Positions 23,296 to 37,112 are shown, counted from the first letter of the stretch. The stretch: 42,220 bases of DNA from Octopus bimaculoides (GCF_001194135.2 NC_068984.1:107665966-107708185); one strand, 5' to 3'. Notes: a model not told the origin generated them from the sequence alone. A program made the numbers and translations.

Positions 23296-25361
23296 AACAC
23301 ATATGTCTATCTGTCTATCTATCTATCTACCTATCTATCTGTCTATCTATCTATCTGTCGATCTATCTATGTCTCTGTCTTATCTCACTCTCTTTCTATT
23401 TCTCACTCTCTCTTAATCTCTCTCTCATTTGCTCTCTCTCTCATTTGCTCTCTCTCTCCCTCTCTCTCCCTCTCTCTCACTTTCTCACTCCCCCCTCTCT
23501 CTCACTTTCTCACCCCCCTCTCTCTCTCTCTCTCCTTTTCCTTTCTTAGATGATCAATCAGCAGAATATTTAGTGCATTGGACAAAACGTTTAGTTGCTG
23601 CTCTTTTTGTCTGGTGTTCGGATGCAATGGAGACCAGCCTTCTGAGGTCATAAAATGAAGCACTCGTCGATATCTGGGATCGTTTAAGTTGCTTAATCAT
23701 ACCTGCCCATAATTTTTACAGCCTCGTATCTATGATGCAAATAACTATTTTCTCTCTCTCTCTTTCCCTCTCTCCCTCTCTCTTTCTCTCTCTTTCTCTC
23801 TCTTTCTCTCTCTCTCTCAGTCTTTCATTACTTCGCGTCAATTAATTCTTCACTATCAGTAAGTAAATATTTTATCTCTCCCCACCCAAATATCTGTCTA
23901 ATAACGTTATACATTTCACCCGCGCATCAAAATAATTTATTCCACTGCAAACTTTCTAATATTTTCTATTTGCTCCAATATCAGATCACTGCTACATTCA
24001 TCAGCTGCTGTCTATTCACATTTACCTCCTAATAATATATGTTTCTTTTCTTTTCTGGTTTTCTTCAGTTTCTATACGGGAAGTTTATGAAACAATATAT
24101 TTCAATGTGATACTAGCAGGATCCAACAAACGAGCTTCTACATGTCATTCGAATTTGGTAGAACAGCAGCCAGACATTAGAGTGTGACCAAATTCTGATA
24201 TTGCTAAAAGTTATAGACGTAATAAGAATAATAAAAGAACGTGATTTTTCTTTTGGAACAGTGGACCTCGAAGTACATGAAACTATAAGAGTATGTATGT
24301 ATGTATTGAGTTGAAAAACTCTTTTGGATTTCAGATATAACTATCTCAAACGGTTTTTCAACTTAATGCATATTGTTTTATGCACTTGCAGTCCAGTTGA
24401 TTTGTTCCAAAATTAATCTCTAAAAGCATTTATGAATTTATGATGGCGCTTTTGTCGTAGACCTAGATGTATATGCTACGACCGAAAACCTACCATATTT
24501 TGTACAGCCATTCATGTGGTTGGTCAGGTGGAAATGACTTCATAAGCTCCGGTTACGATCATGGTTTGAACCAGTGTACACTATTCGTTTGGTATTGAAA
24601 CGTTTATCAAGGATGAAGAATCTGGAAGGCATTTTTTTTAGTTGTACTCTATACATGGGCGTAATAATTATACAAGACGTAATAAATTTGACTTTAATAC
24701 CTTTCATCGTATGTCTGTCAGATCAAGCAGATATATCAACAAAACAATACATTATTGCAGCACTGTTTTTTTTTTTTAATTTTAAAATCTATTGAATTAT
24801 ATAGCCAATTCAATTAGTTTATATAATTCTTCAATTTACAGACATTATTCGTGTTGGCAAACGTGATTCTGTCTCTCATTCAAAATTTATGCGTCAAATA
24901 TCTAATTTAACTCGAATCATAATTAAATGAAATTTTAAGGAACGTAAATTATAATGTTAATGAAACCAATTTAACAGTAGAGAACTTTAGAGCTAATTTT
25001 GAATTTTAATATATACTTTTTGAATTTTGCTAAAGATAATAATTATCAGAAGTTGTTTAATTAAAAATATGTAAATTAAAATTTGCATAACTTCTAGTGT
25101 GTAAATGATAATAGGTATATAGAGCTAAATAGATTCACATTAAGCAACCACGAAAATTGACTAAAATCGATATAGTATTTGAAAAGTAAATATAAAAATA
25201 TCCGTGTCCAGTTTCGATCGGAAATATTTGTAATCTGGGAATTAGTTTTTCAGTCTTAAATCCAGTAGAATCTGAAATCTGGTTTTAACTGATCTAGTTT
25301 TAATCTTAAATCCAATACTGTACCCAATAGTTTTACTTCACGACAACTTAAAACAATGATG

Positions 25362-25425
25362 TAGTCGTGGCAGTGAGGGTAAGAAGTTTACTTCTCAAAC
25401 ATATGGTGTCGAGTTATATCTCACA
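25362..25425 (+). mobile_element. SINE type B head fragment
   Basis: GTGGCAGTGAGGGTAAGAAGTTTACTTCTCAAACATATGG resembles the type B head. Confidence 0.45.
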
Positions 25426-25482
25426 ATGTTTGTTTCTACAAACTCAAGAAAACGAAATATGAAAGACGGAAACGCACACTCC

Positions 25483-25614
<132 letters not shown>

Positions 25615-26079
25615 TACTCATACTTATATCGATATATAAGGGTAAGATCCAGGACAAGTGTAAGCAGTTGTAAGCTTTAAGCAGTCCGTGGCATGTATAA
25701 AAAAACAAAACGTCGACAGTGTACGATCAGCAAAAATAACAATTTATTGGCATCGAAGGTTACACACTTTCTCCCATAGCGATGTTCCAAGGTATTTCGA
25801 TAAGCTACAAGTTTCTGTATACCTCACGGTTGGCACATTAGAGGATCATAGCCGTTTCAATCCCTCAATAGGGAGTATATCAGGTAATTTTCACACTTTT
25901 AGATACATGTACATATGTGTGTGTGTGTGTGTGTGCGTGTGTCTGTAAACTAAATTTAGATTCAATAGGGTATATAAATTCCACTTGCTATAAACAGACC
26001 CATCACTCCAAAACTACCAATTACTAGTTTGATACACACGGCCAATGCAATGAACATAACAGAAACAGGCTTACCTTAA

Positions 26080-26354
26080 GGCGGCGAGCTGGAAGAAACC
26101 TTTGTCTGTCCTTGTTTGTCTCCTCTATGTTTAGCTCCTTGTGGGCAATAAAGAAATAAGAAACGTTAGCACGCCGGGCGAAATGCTTAGTGGTATTTCG
26201 TCTGTCTTTACGTTCTGAGTTCAAATTCCGTATTGGTCGACTTTGCCTTTCATCCTTTCGGGGTCGATAAACTAAGTACCAGTTGCGTACTGGGGTTGAT
26301 CTAATCGACTGGCCCCCTCTCCAAAACTTTCGGGCCTTGTGCCTAGAGTAGAAA
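26080..26354 (+). mobile_element. SINE type C with 13-bp TSD and a 65-bp insert in its head
   Basis: AGAAACAGGCTTA at 26061-26073 and 26355-26367; B-box-like GAGTTCAAATTCC; insert at 26100-26164. Confidence 0.85.
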
Positions 26355-26607
26355 AGAAACAGGCTTAACTTGCGTGGAATACAAAAGTATGGAATGTGTA
26401 TACCTCAGGATCAATTGATTTCGCCCTCTGTATGAAAAATCACACTTTGAGCTCATCAACTGAAAATAACACTTTAACATCTATTTCCGAAATATTCATC
26501 ACATTACGCCGTGTGCGTTCTTTACTTTTAAATGTCCGCGCGACACTCAAAACGAACTTATCTTGAGCCGGTATAAATTTAAATGAAATAAGTACTATTA
26601 CCGCTAT

Positions 26608-26828
<221 letters not shown>

Positions 26829-27778
26829 ATAGGCTGACGAGAAAGTTCTTGCGGAATTTTTAATTTTGGTTTTAAATTATGTATTTTCAAATTAATTTTT
26901 GTTAAATTACTTTTACTTTATATATCATTTTAAAGCCCGTTTTTCGCTCTATCTAATCGTGATACTCTTTTTATTTTGGAATAATTAGGCCATTTTTTCC
27001 GGAACGTTGAATAAAACATGGACAAAAAGCAAATTCGCACAATTTTCTTATTCCAGTTCAAGCTAAGCCGAAAAGCTGCTGAAACAGTTCGCGATATCAA
27101 CGATGCGATGCGTTTGGCCCAGGAACCAATAATGAACGTACAGCACAATGGTGGTTCAAGAAATTTCGTAGCGGTGACAAGAGTCTTGAAGATGATAAGC
27201 GTAGTGGTCTGCCATCAGATGTTGACAACGATCAAATAAGAGCCTTAGTCGAAGCCAGTCCACGCACAACTGTTCGAGAGCTTGCTTCTGAATTAGACAG
27301 AACGTATACGACAATTTCCAACCACTTGAAAGAGATTGGAAAAACAGAAATACTTGATGAAATGGGTGCCGTACGAATTGAACGACAACCAAACAAAACG
27401 CTGTTTTGAAGTGTCGTCTTCCCTTCTTTTACGCAACAAGAACGACCCGTTTCTCGACCGGATTGTGACTTGCGATGAAAAGTGGATTCTTTACGACAGC
27501 TGGCGATGCTCAGCTCAATGTTTGGACGCCGACGAAGCTCCACGGCACTTCCCGAAGCCAAAGTTGCACCAAAAGAAGGTCATGGTGACTGTTTGGTGGT
27601 CTGTGGCCGGCCTCATCCATCACAGCTTTTTGGATCCAGACGAAACCATTACGGCGGAGAAGTACTGTCAGCAAATGGACGAAATGCATAAGAAACTCCG
27701 ACAACAACAGCCAGCATTGGTCAATAGAAAAGAACCAATTCTTCTCCACGACAACGCTCGGCAGCACGTCGCACAATT
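26829..27778 (+). mobile_element. Hsmar1-like mariner, 5' TIR plus disrupted transposase, 3' part missing
   Basis: TA followed by ATAGGCTGACGAGAAAGTTCTTGCGG, similar to the Hsmar1 TIR TTAGGTTGGTGCAAAAGTAATTGCGG. ATG at 27018 gives MDKKQIRTIFLFQFKL; then WVPYEL, TCDEKW (first D) and HDNAR (second D). Two frameshifts. Confidence 0.9.
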
Positions 27779-28739
27779 TTGTTGGGATGTTACGAAACTT
27801 CATGTTTTAGAATTATNNNNNNNNNNNNNNNNNNNNNNNNNNNNNNNNNNNNNNNNNNNNNNNNNNNNNNNNNNNNNNNNNNNNNNNNNNNNNNNNNNNN
27901 NNNNNNNNNNNNNNNNNNNNNNNNNNNNNNNNNNNNNNNNNNNNNNNNNNNNNNNNNNNNNNNNNNNNNNNNNNNNNNNNNNNNNNNNNNNNNNNNNNNN
28001 NNNNNNNNNNNNNNNNNNNNNNNNNNNNNNNNNNNNNNNNNNNNNNNNNNNNNNNNNNNNNNNNNNNNNNNNNNNNNNNNNNNNNNNNNNNNNNNNNNNN
28101 NNNNNNNNNNNNNNNNNNNNNNNNNNNNNNNNNNNNNNNNNNNNNNNNNNNNNNNNNNNNNNNNNNNNNNNNNNNNNNNNNNNNNNNNNNNNNNNNNNNN
28201 NNNNNNNNNNNNNNNNNNNNNNNNNNNNNNNNNNNNNNNNNNNNNNNNNNNNNNNNNNNNNNNNNNNNNNNNNNNNNNNNNNNNNNNNNNNNNNNNNNNN
28301 NNNNNNNNNNNNNNNNNNNNNNNNNNNNNNNNNNNNNNNNNNNNNNNNNNNNNNNNNNNNNNNNNNNNNNNNNNNNNNNNNNNNNNNNNNNNNNNNNNNN
28401 NNNNNNNNNNNNNNNNNNNNNNNNNNNNNNNNNNNNNNNNNNNNNNNNNNNNNNNNNNNNNNNNNNNNNNNNNNNNNNNNNNNNNNNNNNNNNNNNNNNN
28501 NNNNNNNNNNNNNNNNNNNNNNNNNNNNNNNNNNNNNNNNNNNNNNNNNNNNNNNNNNNNNNNNNNNNNNNNNNNNNNNNNNNNNNNNNNNNNNNNNNNN
28601 NNNNNNNNNNNNNNNNNNNNNNNNNNNNNNNNNNNNNNNNNNNNNNNNNNNNNNNNNNNNNNNNNNNNNNNNNNNNNNNNNNNNNNNNNNNNNNNNNNNN
28701 NNNNNNNNNNNNNNNNNNNNNNNNNNNNNNNNNNNNNNN

Positions 28740-28780
<41 letters not shown>

Positions 28781-29148
28781 ATGTGTGCGTGCGTGCGTGC
28801 GTGCGTGAGTGTGTGTTTGTTTGTTATATATAATTATGTGTGCACTCAGTAAATAATTACAGCAATTAAGAATTGCATATCTGTGTTATGAGAGTGTTAA
28901 AAATATATCAGTTTAAAATACTTGTTTTACACACACATTTGTGCACTTGCACACACATACACACACACATACAGAAGAAAGAATGTCAGTTATCCTCGGC
29001 AAGGATTGAAACAACATTGATTTGGAACGACCACAGCTAAACTATCAATCTATACGGCCAAGCAACTACGTTTAGGATTATATGCATATATGTGTGCACA
29101 TATATATCCATATTCCTATATATATATATATATNNNNNNNNNNGTGTG

Positions 29149-29183
<35 letters not shown>

Positions 29184-29186
29184 GCG

Positions 29187-29377
29187 TAAACTTTAAATTA
29201 AGAAAATGGAAAAAATTTTCAGACAGATGGTTTTATCTAAAGACATTCAAATTATACATTCTTCCTACCTACAACTGTTTCCATACACAATTCTTTAATT
29301 TCAAAAATGAAATATCTCATACGATACCAGTGAATTATGTATATCCTCAGGGAGAATTTCTAAAGGAAATTTAACAA
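29187..29377. repeat. Left arm of ~190-bp inverted repeat
   Basis: Complementary to 30625-30827. Confidence 0.85.
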
Positions 29378-29811
29378 CGTGTAGGCTAACCTACGACAAA
29401 GTCAAGATTGTTTGTTTTTGCTCAACGTTGGCGTTCCGTAGAAACCATCATTGCCACGTATAGACAAACACATTCTACACATCCTTACACATGCAAATAT
29501 GATGGTGTTATGCTAGTTAAGATATAGATACTTTCGAGAGGAGAAAGAACCGTAGATTAAACTAGTAAATGGAGGAGTGCATCATAGATTAATTGTTAAG
29601 GAGAGAGCAGCCAGACACGACAATTCGTCGAGTATATGCCTGTCGCTAATACTAGAGATTAACGAAATATATCATATCAAACCCCACCCGATTCAATCCA
29701 AAGTTGCTACGTTAATCCAAGTTTACGCAAATACACGCTCTATACATATCAAGTAAATACAAACAAAACCCACATGTTGCCAGAAAATACACACACATAC
29801 ACATATATACA

Positions 29812-29877
<66 letters not shown>

Positions 29878-30624
29878 NNNNNNNNNNNNNNNNNNNNNNN
29901 NNNNNNNNNNNNNNNNNNNNNNNNNNNNNNNNNNNNNNNNNNNNNNNNNNNNNNNNNNNNNNNNNNNNNNNNNNNNNNNNNNNNNNNNNNNNNNNNNNNN
30001 NNNNNNNNNNNNNNNNNNNNNNNNNNNNNNNNNNNNNNNNNNNNNNNNNNNNNNNNNNNNNNNNNNNNNNNNNNNNNNNNNNNNNNNNNNNNNNNNNNNN
30101 NNNNNNNNNNNNNNNNNNNNNNNNNNNNNNNNNNNNNNNNNNNNNNNNNNNNNNNNNNNNNNNNNNNNNNNNNNNNNNNNNNNNNNNNNNNNNNNNNNNN
30201 NNNNNNNNNNNNNNATATAAATACAGTGCACATTTAAACACATAAGAGGTATCCATCATAGGATTCCCTCACGCTAGAAAGAAGTTAAGTTCCAAACCAC
30301 TATTAGGGCTAAAATTTCGAAGGGAATGAAAAAAAAGAACGTTTACCATCTAGCTCCTGGACCAATAGTTTCTGACTTATGTTAGTAAATAAAATTATTT
30401 GCCAGGCGAAGTCTTCTTCAGCAGATACACTTAGATTAACATATATACACGAGACAATCCAGAATATGCCCCATGCTTATACATTCTAATTTTTCAAATC
30501 TACCGCGCAAGCGCAGCTCCTTGTCGGCAATAAATATAAAATGCCGGTTTTTCAATTCAAAAAGTATCCAGAAAAAATTTTCAATAATTAATATTATCAA
30601 GGGTAATTAGAAATATTAGAAATC

Positions 30625-30827
30625 TTGTTAAATTTCCTTTAGAAATTCTCCCTGAGGATATACACAATTCACTAGTTTCCTATATGGAATTTTATCTCTG
30701 AAATTAAAGAATTGTGTATGGAAACAGCTGTAGGTTACAATTTCTATGTATAATTTGAATCTCTTTATATAAAATCAACTGTCTGGAAATTTCTTCCATT
30801 TTCTTCATTTTCTTATTTTAAAATTTA
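30625..30827. repeat. Right arm of ~190-bp inverted repeat
   Basis: Reverse complement aligns to 29187-29377, including the exact block GTATATCCTCAGGGAGAATTTCTAAAGGAAATTTAACAA. Confidence 0.85.
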
Positions 30828-30940
30828 TTTAAATACCTATACGATTCGGTGATAAACTCATATACTTGGTTTTCTCTGAACGCTGGTATAAACAGGCGAA
30901 CTATGATGCTCGCATCCCTGAATAGAGTTCCTCGACTTAT

Positions 30941-30994
<54 letters not shown>
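30941..30994. repeat. (GATA)n microsatellite
   Basis: Read directly from sequence. Confidence 0.95.
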
Positions 30995-30996
30995 TA

Positions 30997-31372
30997 GGCG
31001 CAGGAGTGGCTGTGTGGGAAGAAGCTTACTTCCCAACTTCATGGTTCTGGGTTCAGTCCCACGGCGTGGAACCTTGGGTAAGCGTCTTTTATTATAGCCT
31101 CACGCTGACCAAAGACTTGTGAATGGATTTGTTAGACGGAAACTGAAAGACGCCCGTCCTGTGTATATATGTACATATATATGTGTGTCTTTGAGTGTCT
31201 GTGTTTGTCTCCCCATCATTGCTTGACAACAGATGTTCGTGTGTTTACGTCCTCGTAACTTAGCGGTTTGGCAAAAAAAGAATAAGCTCTGGGTTCGATT
31301 TGTACGACTAAAAGCGGTGCTCCAGCATGGCCGCAGTCAAATGACTGAAACAAGTAAAAGAATAAAAGAATA
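30997..31372 (+). mobile_element. SINE type B
   Basis: GGCGCAGGAGTGGCTGTGTGG head; GGATTTGTTAGACGGAAACTGAAAGACGCCCGTC core; CAAGTAAAAGAATAAAAGAATA tail. Confidence 0.85.
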
Positions 31373-31536
31373 TATCTTAGTGTACGTATTATGTTTCATG
31401 GTTACGTTTTGAGTACATATCCATAAATATTTACTCTTCAATATTTATGCATGCACTAAGTGATCTGTTCTCTTTCTCTCTCCATTAACCCCTTTTTCTT
31501 TCTTTCTGCCTTTGTCGCTCTCTCTCTTTCTCTCTT

Positions 31537-31577
<41 letters not shown>

Positions 31578-31770
31578 CTTTCTCTCTCAATATATATATA
31601 AATGTGTGCGTGTAAGTGTGAACATGTTAATGTAATTATTCACATTTAACTACTTTTGAAATCTTTTACGTATATATTTTTTATTTGCATTACATCTCTG
31701 TTGTTTGCGTATGTAAATATGTACTAAATATTTATAAACCATTTGTTATACAACTCTCTCTCTATCTCTA

Positions 31771-31828
<58 letters not shown>

Positions 31829-33250
31829 NNNNNNNNNNNNNNNNNNNNNNNNNNNNNNNNNNNNNNNNNNNNNNNNNNNNNNNNNNNNNNNNNNNNNNNN
31901 NNNNNNNNNNNNNNNNNNNNNNNNNNNNNNNNNNNNNNNNNNNNNNNNNNNNNNNNNNNNNNNNNNNNNNNNNNNNNNNNNNNNNNNNNNNNNNNNNNNN
32001 NNNNNNNNNNNNNNNNNNNNNNNNNNNNNNNNNNNNNNNNNNNNNNNNNNNNNNNNNNNNNNNNNNNNNNNNNNNNNNNNNNNNNNNNNNNNNNNNNNNN
32101 NNNNNNNNNNNNNNNNNNNNNNNNNNNNNNNNNNNNNNNNNNNNNNNNNNNNNNNNNNNNNNNNNNNNNNNNNNNNNNNNNNNNNNNNNNNNNNNNNNNN
32201 NNNNNNNNNNNNNNNNNNNNNNNNNNNNNNNNNNNNNNNNNNNNNNNNNNNNNNNNNNNNNNNNNNNNNNNNNNNNNNNNNNNNNNNNNNNNNNNNNNNN
32301 NNNNNNNNNNNNNNNNNNNNNNNNNNNNNNNNNNNNNNNNNNNNNNNNNNNNNNNNNNNNNNNNNNNNNNNNNNNNNNNNNNNNNNNNNNNNNNNNNNNN
32401 NNNNNNNNNNNNNNNNNNNNNNNNNNNNNNNNNNNNNNNNNNNNNNNNNNNNNNNNNNNNNNNNNNNNNNNNNNNNNNNNNNNNNNNNNNNNNNNNNNNN
32501 NNNNNNNNNNNNNNNNNNNNNNNNNNNNNNNNNNNNNNNNNNNNNNNNNNNNNNNNNNNNNNNNNNNNNNNNNNNNNNNNNNNNNNNNNNNNNNNNNNNN
32601 NNNNNNNNATATATATATATATATATATATATATAATGTCAGTTCACTCTTTGTGCTATTAGTAATACATAAAGCAGTACAACCGGTTGTATGTTCAGGC
32701 TGTGCGCGAAATAACTCTCTGGCAACTTGGCAAGGAAGATGGCTTTCGTTGGGATAAATGAGTTCTGTAGAGTCACTGGCCACACATCAGATGTGAGTGA
32801 GAGACCTCTACGCTTTATTTAGATATCTCTCAAGGACAAAGAGAACTATGATGTAATAATTGTGACTTAGTTTGCAGCCAGTGGTGTAGACTAGTTCTTC
32901 TTTAGGCAAATGAATATGTTGTACATAGAGTGAGACTGGTCATAGACAAGACCTTTCATATTGCTCATAAAAATTTTTTTAGACACAAGCATCGATCGAT
33001 TTTTAGCATGTCTATTGACGTCTCTTATATTATGTCACATATTTTGGTTTTGCGTAACCGAAAAAAGCCAGAATATTGAATCAAAATTCCTCGATGGAAT
33101 CATAGCACGTCTTAGCGTGGGCAATAAACTATCTCAACACCTGCTGTAAGTGGCGTCCATTGTTCCATTTTTGCCACATTTGTGCAAAAGTATGTAGGTT
33201 TCTTGCAGGTCTCAAAAGCCATATCCGTGCTGCTTTCAGAGTCTTATACA

Positions 33251-33370
33251 CAGACAGACAGACAGACAGATAGACAGGTAGGTAGGTAGGTGGGTAGGTA
33301 GGTAGGTAGGTAGGTAGGTAGGCAGGTAGGTAGGTAGGTAGGTAGGTAGGTAGGTAGGTAGGTAGGTAGG
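33251..33370. repeat. (GACA)n/(GGTA)n microsatellite
   Basis: Read directly from sequence. Confidence 0.95.
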
Positions 33371-33921
33371 NNNNNNNNNNNNNNNNNNNNNNNNNNNNNN
33401 NNNNNNNNNNNNNNNNNNNNNNNNNNNNNNNNNNNNNNNNNNNNNNNNNNNNNNNNNNNNNNNNNNNNNNNNNNNNNNNNNNNNNNNNNNNNNNNNNNNN
33501 NNNNNNNNNNNNNNNNNNNNNNNNNNNNNNNNNNNNNNNNNNNNNNNNNNNNNNNNNNNNNNNNNNNNNNNNNNNNNNNNNNNNNNNNNNNNNNNNNNNN
33601 NNNNNNNNNNNNNNNNNNNNNNNNNNNNNNNNNNNNNNNNNNNNNNNNNNNNNNNNNNNNNNNNNNNNNNNNNNNNNNNNNNNNNNNNNNNNNNNNNNNN
33701 NNNNNNNNNNNNNNNNNNNNNNNNNNNNNNNNNNNNNNNNNNNNNNNNNNNNNNNNNNNNNNNNNNNNNNNNNNNNNNNNNNNNNNNNNNNNNNNNNNNN
33801 NNNNNNNNNNNNNNNNNNNNNNNNNNNNNNNNNNNNNNNNNNNNNNNNNNNNNNNNNNNNNNNNNNNNNNNNNNNNNNNNNNNNNNNNNNNNNNNNNNNN
33901 NNNNNNNNNNNNNNGTATATG

Positions 33922-33973
<52 letters not shown>

Positions 33974-35211
33974 CAGAGGTTCGACAAAATAATGGATACA
34001 CCTTAAAATTTCAAACAAATTCATTTTGATATGGGGTAGCACCGCCTTTGGCAGTAATTACAACTTGAATTCTACGAGGTATGGACTCATACAAAGTTTG
34101 GATTGTTTCCAAAGGAATTTTTGTTCATTCTTCAGCAAAAACAGTCTCCAGTTCTTTTAGTGGTGATGGTGGAGGATATCGACTCTTTACTTGTTTTTCT
34201 AAAACGCACCATAAATGTTCAATAATATTGAGGTCTAGGGGCTGTGGTGGCCAGATAAGATATTCAACTTCACTAGAATGTTCCTCGTGCCATTTAGTAA
34301 CAAATTTAGCTGTGTGAATTCGTGCATTAACATCCTGAAAGATTGCGTTTCTCTCCGAAAACAATTCCGCAACCTTAGGATGAATTTGATCAGATAAAAT
34401 GCTTAAATAGTCTTGACTATTAATTCTGCCGGAGAATTTCCAAGATATAGCCCCACCCCAGATCATCATATATACTCCTCCATGTTTAACTGTTGGAAGA
34501 AAGCAGTCTGGGTCAAATGCTTCTTTTGGCTGTCTCCACACGTATACTCGGCCGGTGGTCGGAAATAAGGTAAAGGATGACTCGTCCGAGAAAACATTCT
34601 CCCACTGCTCTAAGGACCAATTCTGTAGATTTTTACTCCACTCTAAACGCATTGCAACGTTTGTTTTTGAAAGTAGTGGTTTTCTGATTGCAGCCCTCCC
34701 GTGAAATTCGGCTTGGTGCAGCTCTCGGCGAACAGTTTTTGTAGAAACTGGATTCATTATGTTCTGCACTAATTTTGGGAGCTGTATTTTTGTGATCGTT
34801 TCTAACAATTCTGGTAAGAGTCCGAGAGTCCCTATCTAAAAGTTTTGGTTTTCTTCGGGACTTTTGTTTCAATGAGGAGGTTTTTCCCTCTTTCTCAAAA
34901 GCTGTCATTACTTTCGATACAGTACTTCTTGATACACCAGACAATTCGGCTGTTTTCGTTACGCTAGCGCCTGCCATACGAGCACCAACAGTTTCACCTT
35001 TTGAAAGTCTGATAGATCTGTCATTTTTATGAATTTTAATTACCTTTTTCTGATAAAATCTAAAAAGAAATAGCAATTTTAGCAAAACATTAAGCAACAC
35101 TAATAATAAATCAAAAAACATAAAAATAAACAAGCTTTTGACGGTTTTATAGATATTACAAAATTATGATGCTGTGATGTTAGGTGTTTCCATTATTTTA
35201 TCCAACTCCTA
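33974..35211 (-). mobile_element. Full-length Tc1-family DNA transposon, disrupted DD34E transposase
   Basis: 30-bp TIRs (24/30 match) at 33974-34003 and 35182-35211, with TA on both sides. ATG at 35024 gives MTDLSDFQK; motifs GRAAIRKPLLS, FSDES, FQDVNA and DLNIIEHLW. Frameshifts and a premature stop at 34125. Confidence 0.92.
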
Positions 35212-35939
35212 TATATGTATATGTATGTGTATATATATNNNNNNNNNNNNNNNNNNNNNNNNNNNNNNNNNNNNNNNNNNNNNNNNNNNNNNNNNNNNNN
35301 NNNNNNNNNNNNNNNNNNNNNNNNNNNNNNNNNNNNNNNNNNNNNNNNNNNNNNNNNNNNNNNNNNNNNNNNNNNNNNNNNNNNNNNNNNNNNNNNNNNN
35401 NNNNNNNNNNNNNNNNNNNNNNNNNNNNNNNNNNNNNNNNNNNNNNNNNNNNNNNNNNNNNNNNNNNNNNNNNNNNNNNNNNNNNNNNNNNNNNNNNNNN
35501 NNNNNNNNNNNNNNNNNNNNNNNNNNNNNNNNNNNNNNNNNNNNNNNNNNNNNNNNNNNNNNNNNNNNNNNNNNNNNNNNNNNNNNNNNNNNNNNNNNNN
35601 NNNNNNNNNNNNNNNNNNNNNNNNNNNNNNNNNNNNNNNNNNNNNNNNNNNNNNNNNNNNNNNNNNNNNNNNNNNNNNNNNNNNNNNNNNNNNNNNNNNN
35701 NNNNNNNNNNNNNNNNNNNNNNNNNNNNNNNNNNNNNNNNNNNNNNNNNNNNNNNNNNNNNNNNNNNNNNNNNNNNNNNNNNNNNNNNNNNNNNNNNNNN
35801 NNNNNNNNNNNNNNNNNNNNNNNNNNNNNNNNNNNNNNNNNNNNNNNNNNNNNNNNNNNNNNNNNNNNNNNNNNNNNNNNNNNNNNNNNNNNNNNNNNNN
35901 NNNNNNNNNNNNNNNNNNNNNNNNAACCTACTTTCACTT

Positions 35940-36131
35940 GAAAACCGATTTTGGTGTGTTTACGTCTCCGTAACTTAGCAGCCCCCCTCCCCACAAAGAG
36001 ACCAATAGAATAAGTACTGGGCTTACAGAGAATAAGTCCTGGGGTCGATTTCTTCCACTAAAACCCTTCAAGGCGGTACTCCAGCATGGCCGCAGTCAAA
36101 TAACTGAAACAAGAAGAAGAATAAAAGAATA
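35940..36131 (+). mobile_element. SINE type B 3' half
   Basis: GTGTGTTTACGTCTCCGTAACTTAGC...CTCCAGCATGGCCGCAGTCAAATAACTGAAAC; the 5' part is lost in the gap. Confidence 0.75.
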
Positions 36132-37112
36132 TATGAATTACCAATGAAACGGGTAAAAGGCAGGGGAAACGCTTAAAAAGAAGGTAAGTGCAGCGAAGTC
36201 CGTTTCAACATCACCCAATCGCGATTCGTTGAGGTATTTTCTTAAATTTCCATTGTTGAGGCTCTCTTATTGTCGTTGTGTCTAGGCAGGTATGTATATT
36301 TGTGTTTTGTTTGTATGTGTATGTATAGCAAATGCGGTAGAGGCAGAGAGTGACAGAAACAAAGACAGATGCCACCAGACAGTACTTAAACATGGATATA
36401 GGAGAAAGAAGACAGAGAATGAGAAAATATTAGCTTATGAGAATTTAGTCTTTCTGCGTCCATAAATCAAACGAAAGGAAAACTTTCTACTAAATGCAAT
36501 ATTCTACTACAAAACTACTGAAAGGAATGTGACATCTTCAAATATTTTTACTGAATAATATTCTTGCAAGAGTAAATACCATTAAATTGACATATTCCAT
36601 TCTATAAAAGAAACAGCGAATACAAAAAGTACAAGTGATTTTTATTTTTAAAAATGCAAAGCAGACGATAACTTAAGAAAAAATGTATTATTTTCCAAAT
36701 GTTCCAACTATTGGTTGTCAGGATGGTCAAACAATAGGTTTGCAATCGATGATGTATAAAGATACGATGAATGTATATAATAGTCAATACATACATTACA
36801 CAACAGATTTCGCCTCAAAATTACAATTGTGCCTGTTTTGTATGATGCGTGCGTATAATTTTTCTTTGAGTTTATTTAAGTTCTTCAGAGAGTTGAAGCC
36901 GGCTGTTAACAAAGCGATAAGACATTTTTAGTTGAGAGAATTCCCGGTGTTTGCAAATATGTGCTTGGGTTGGTGTGTCGTTTGAACTGTCGATGCATGC
37001 ACCCAAGTGTGTGCATCTATTCACATAAGAATCTCAGATGAACTTTTGGAATGTCTTACAAATCTTCAATATGTATGTATATGTTTGTATACATATGTAT
37101 ATGTATGTATGC

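Noticed and set aside
23550-23720. Candidate exon after a (CT)n tract (+), or a 27-nt micro-exon (-)
   Set aside because: Splice-like signals arise easily next to CT microsatellites, and there is no homology evidence.
27018-27778. SETMAR-like domesticated gene
   Set aside because: Frameshifted, carries a TIR, and has no SET exon; it is a transposon copy.
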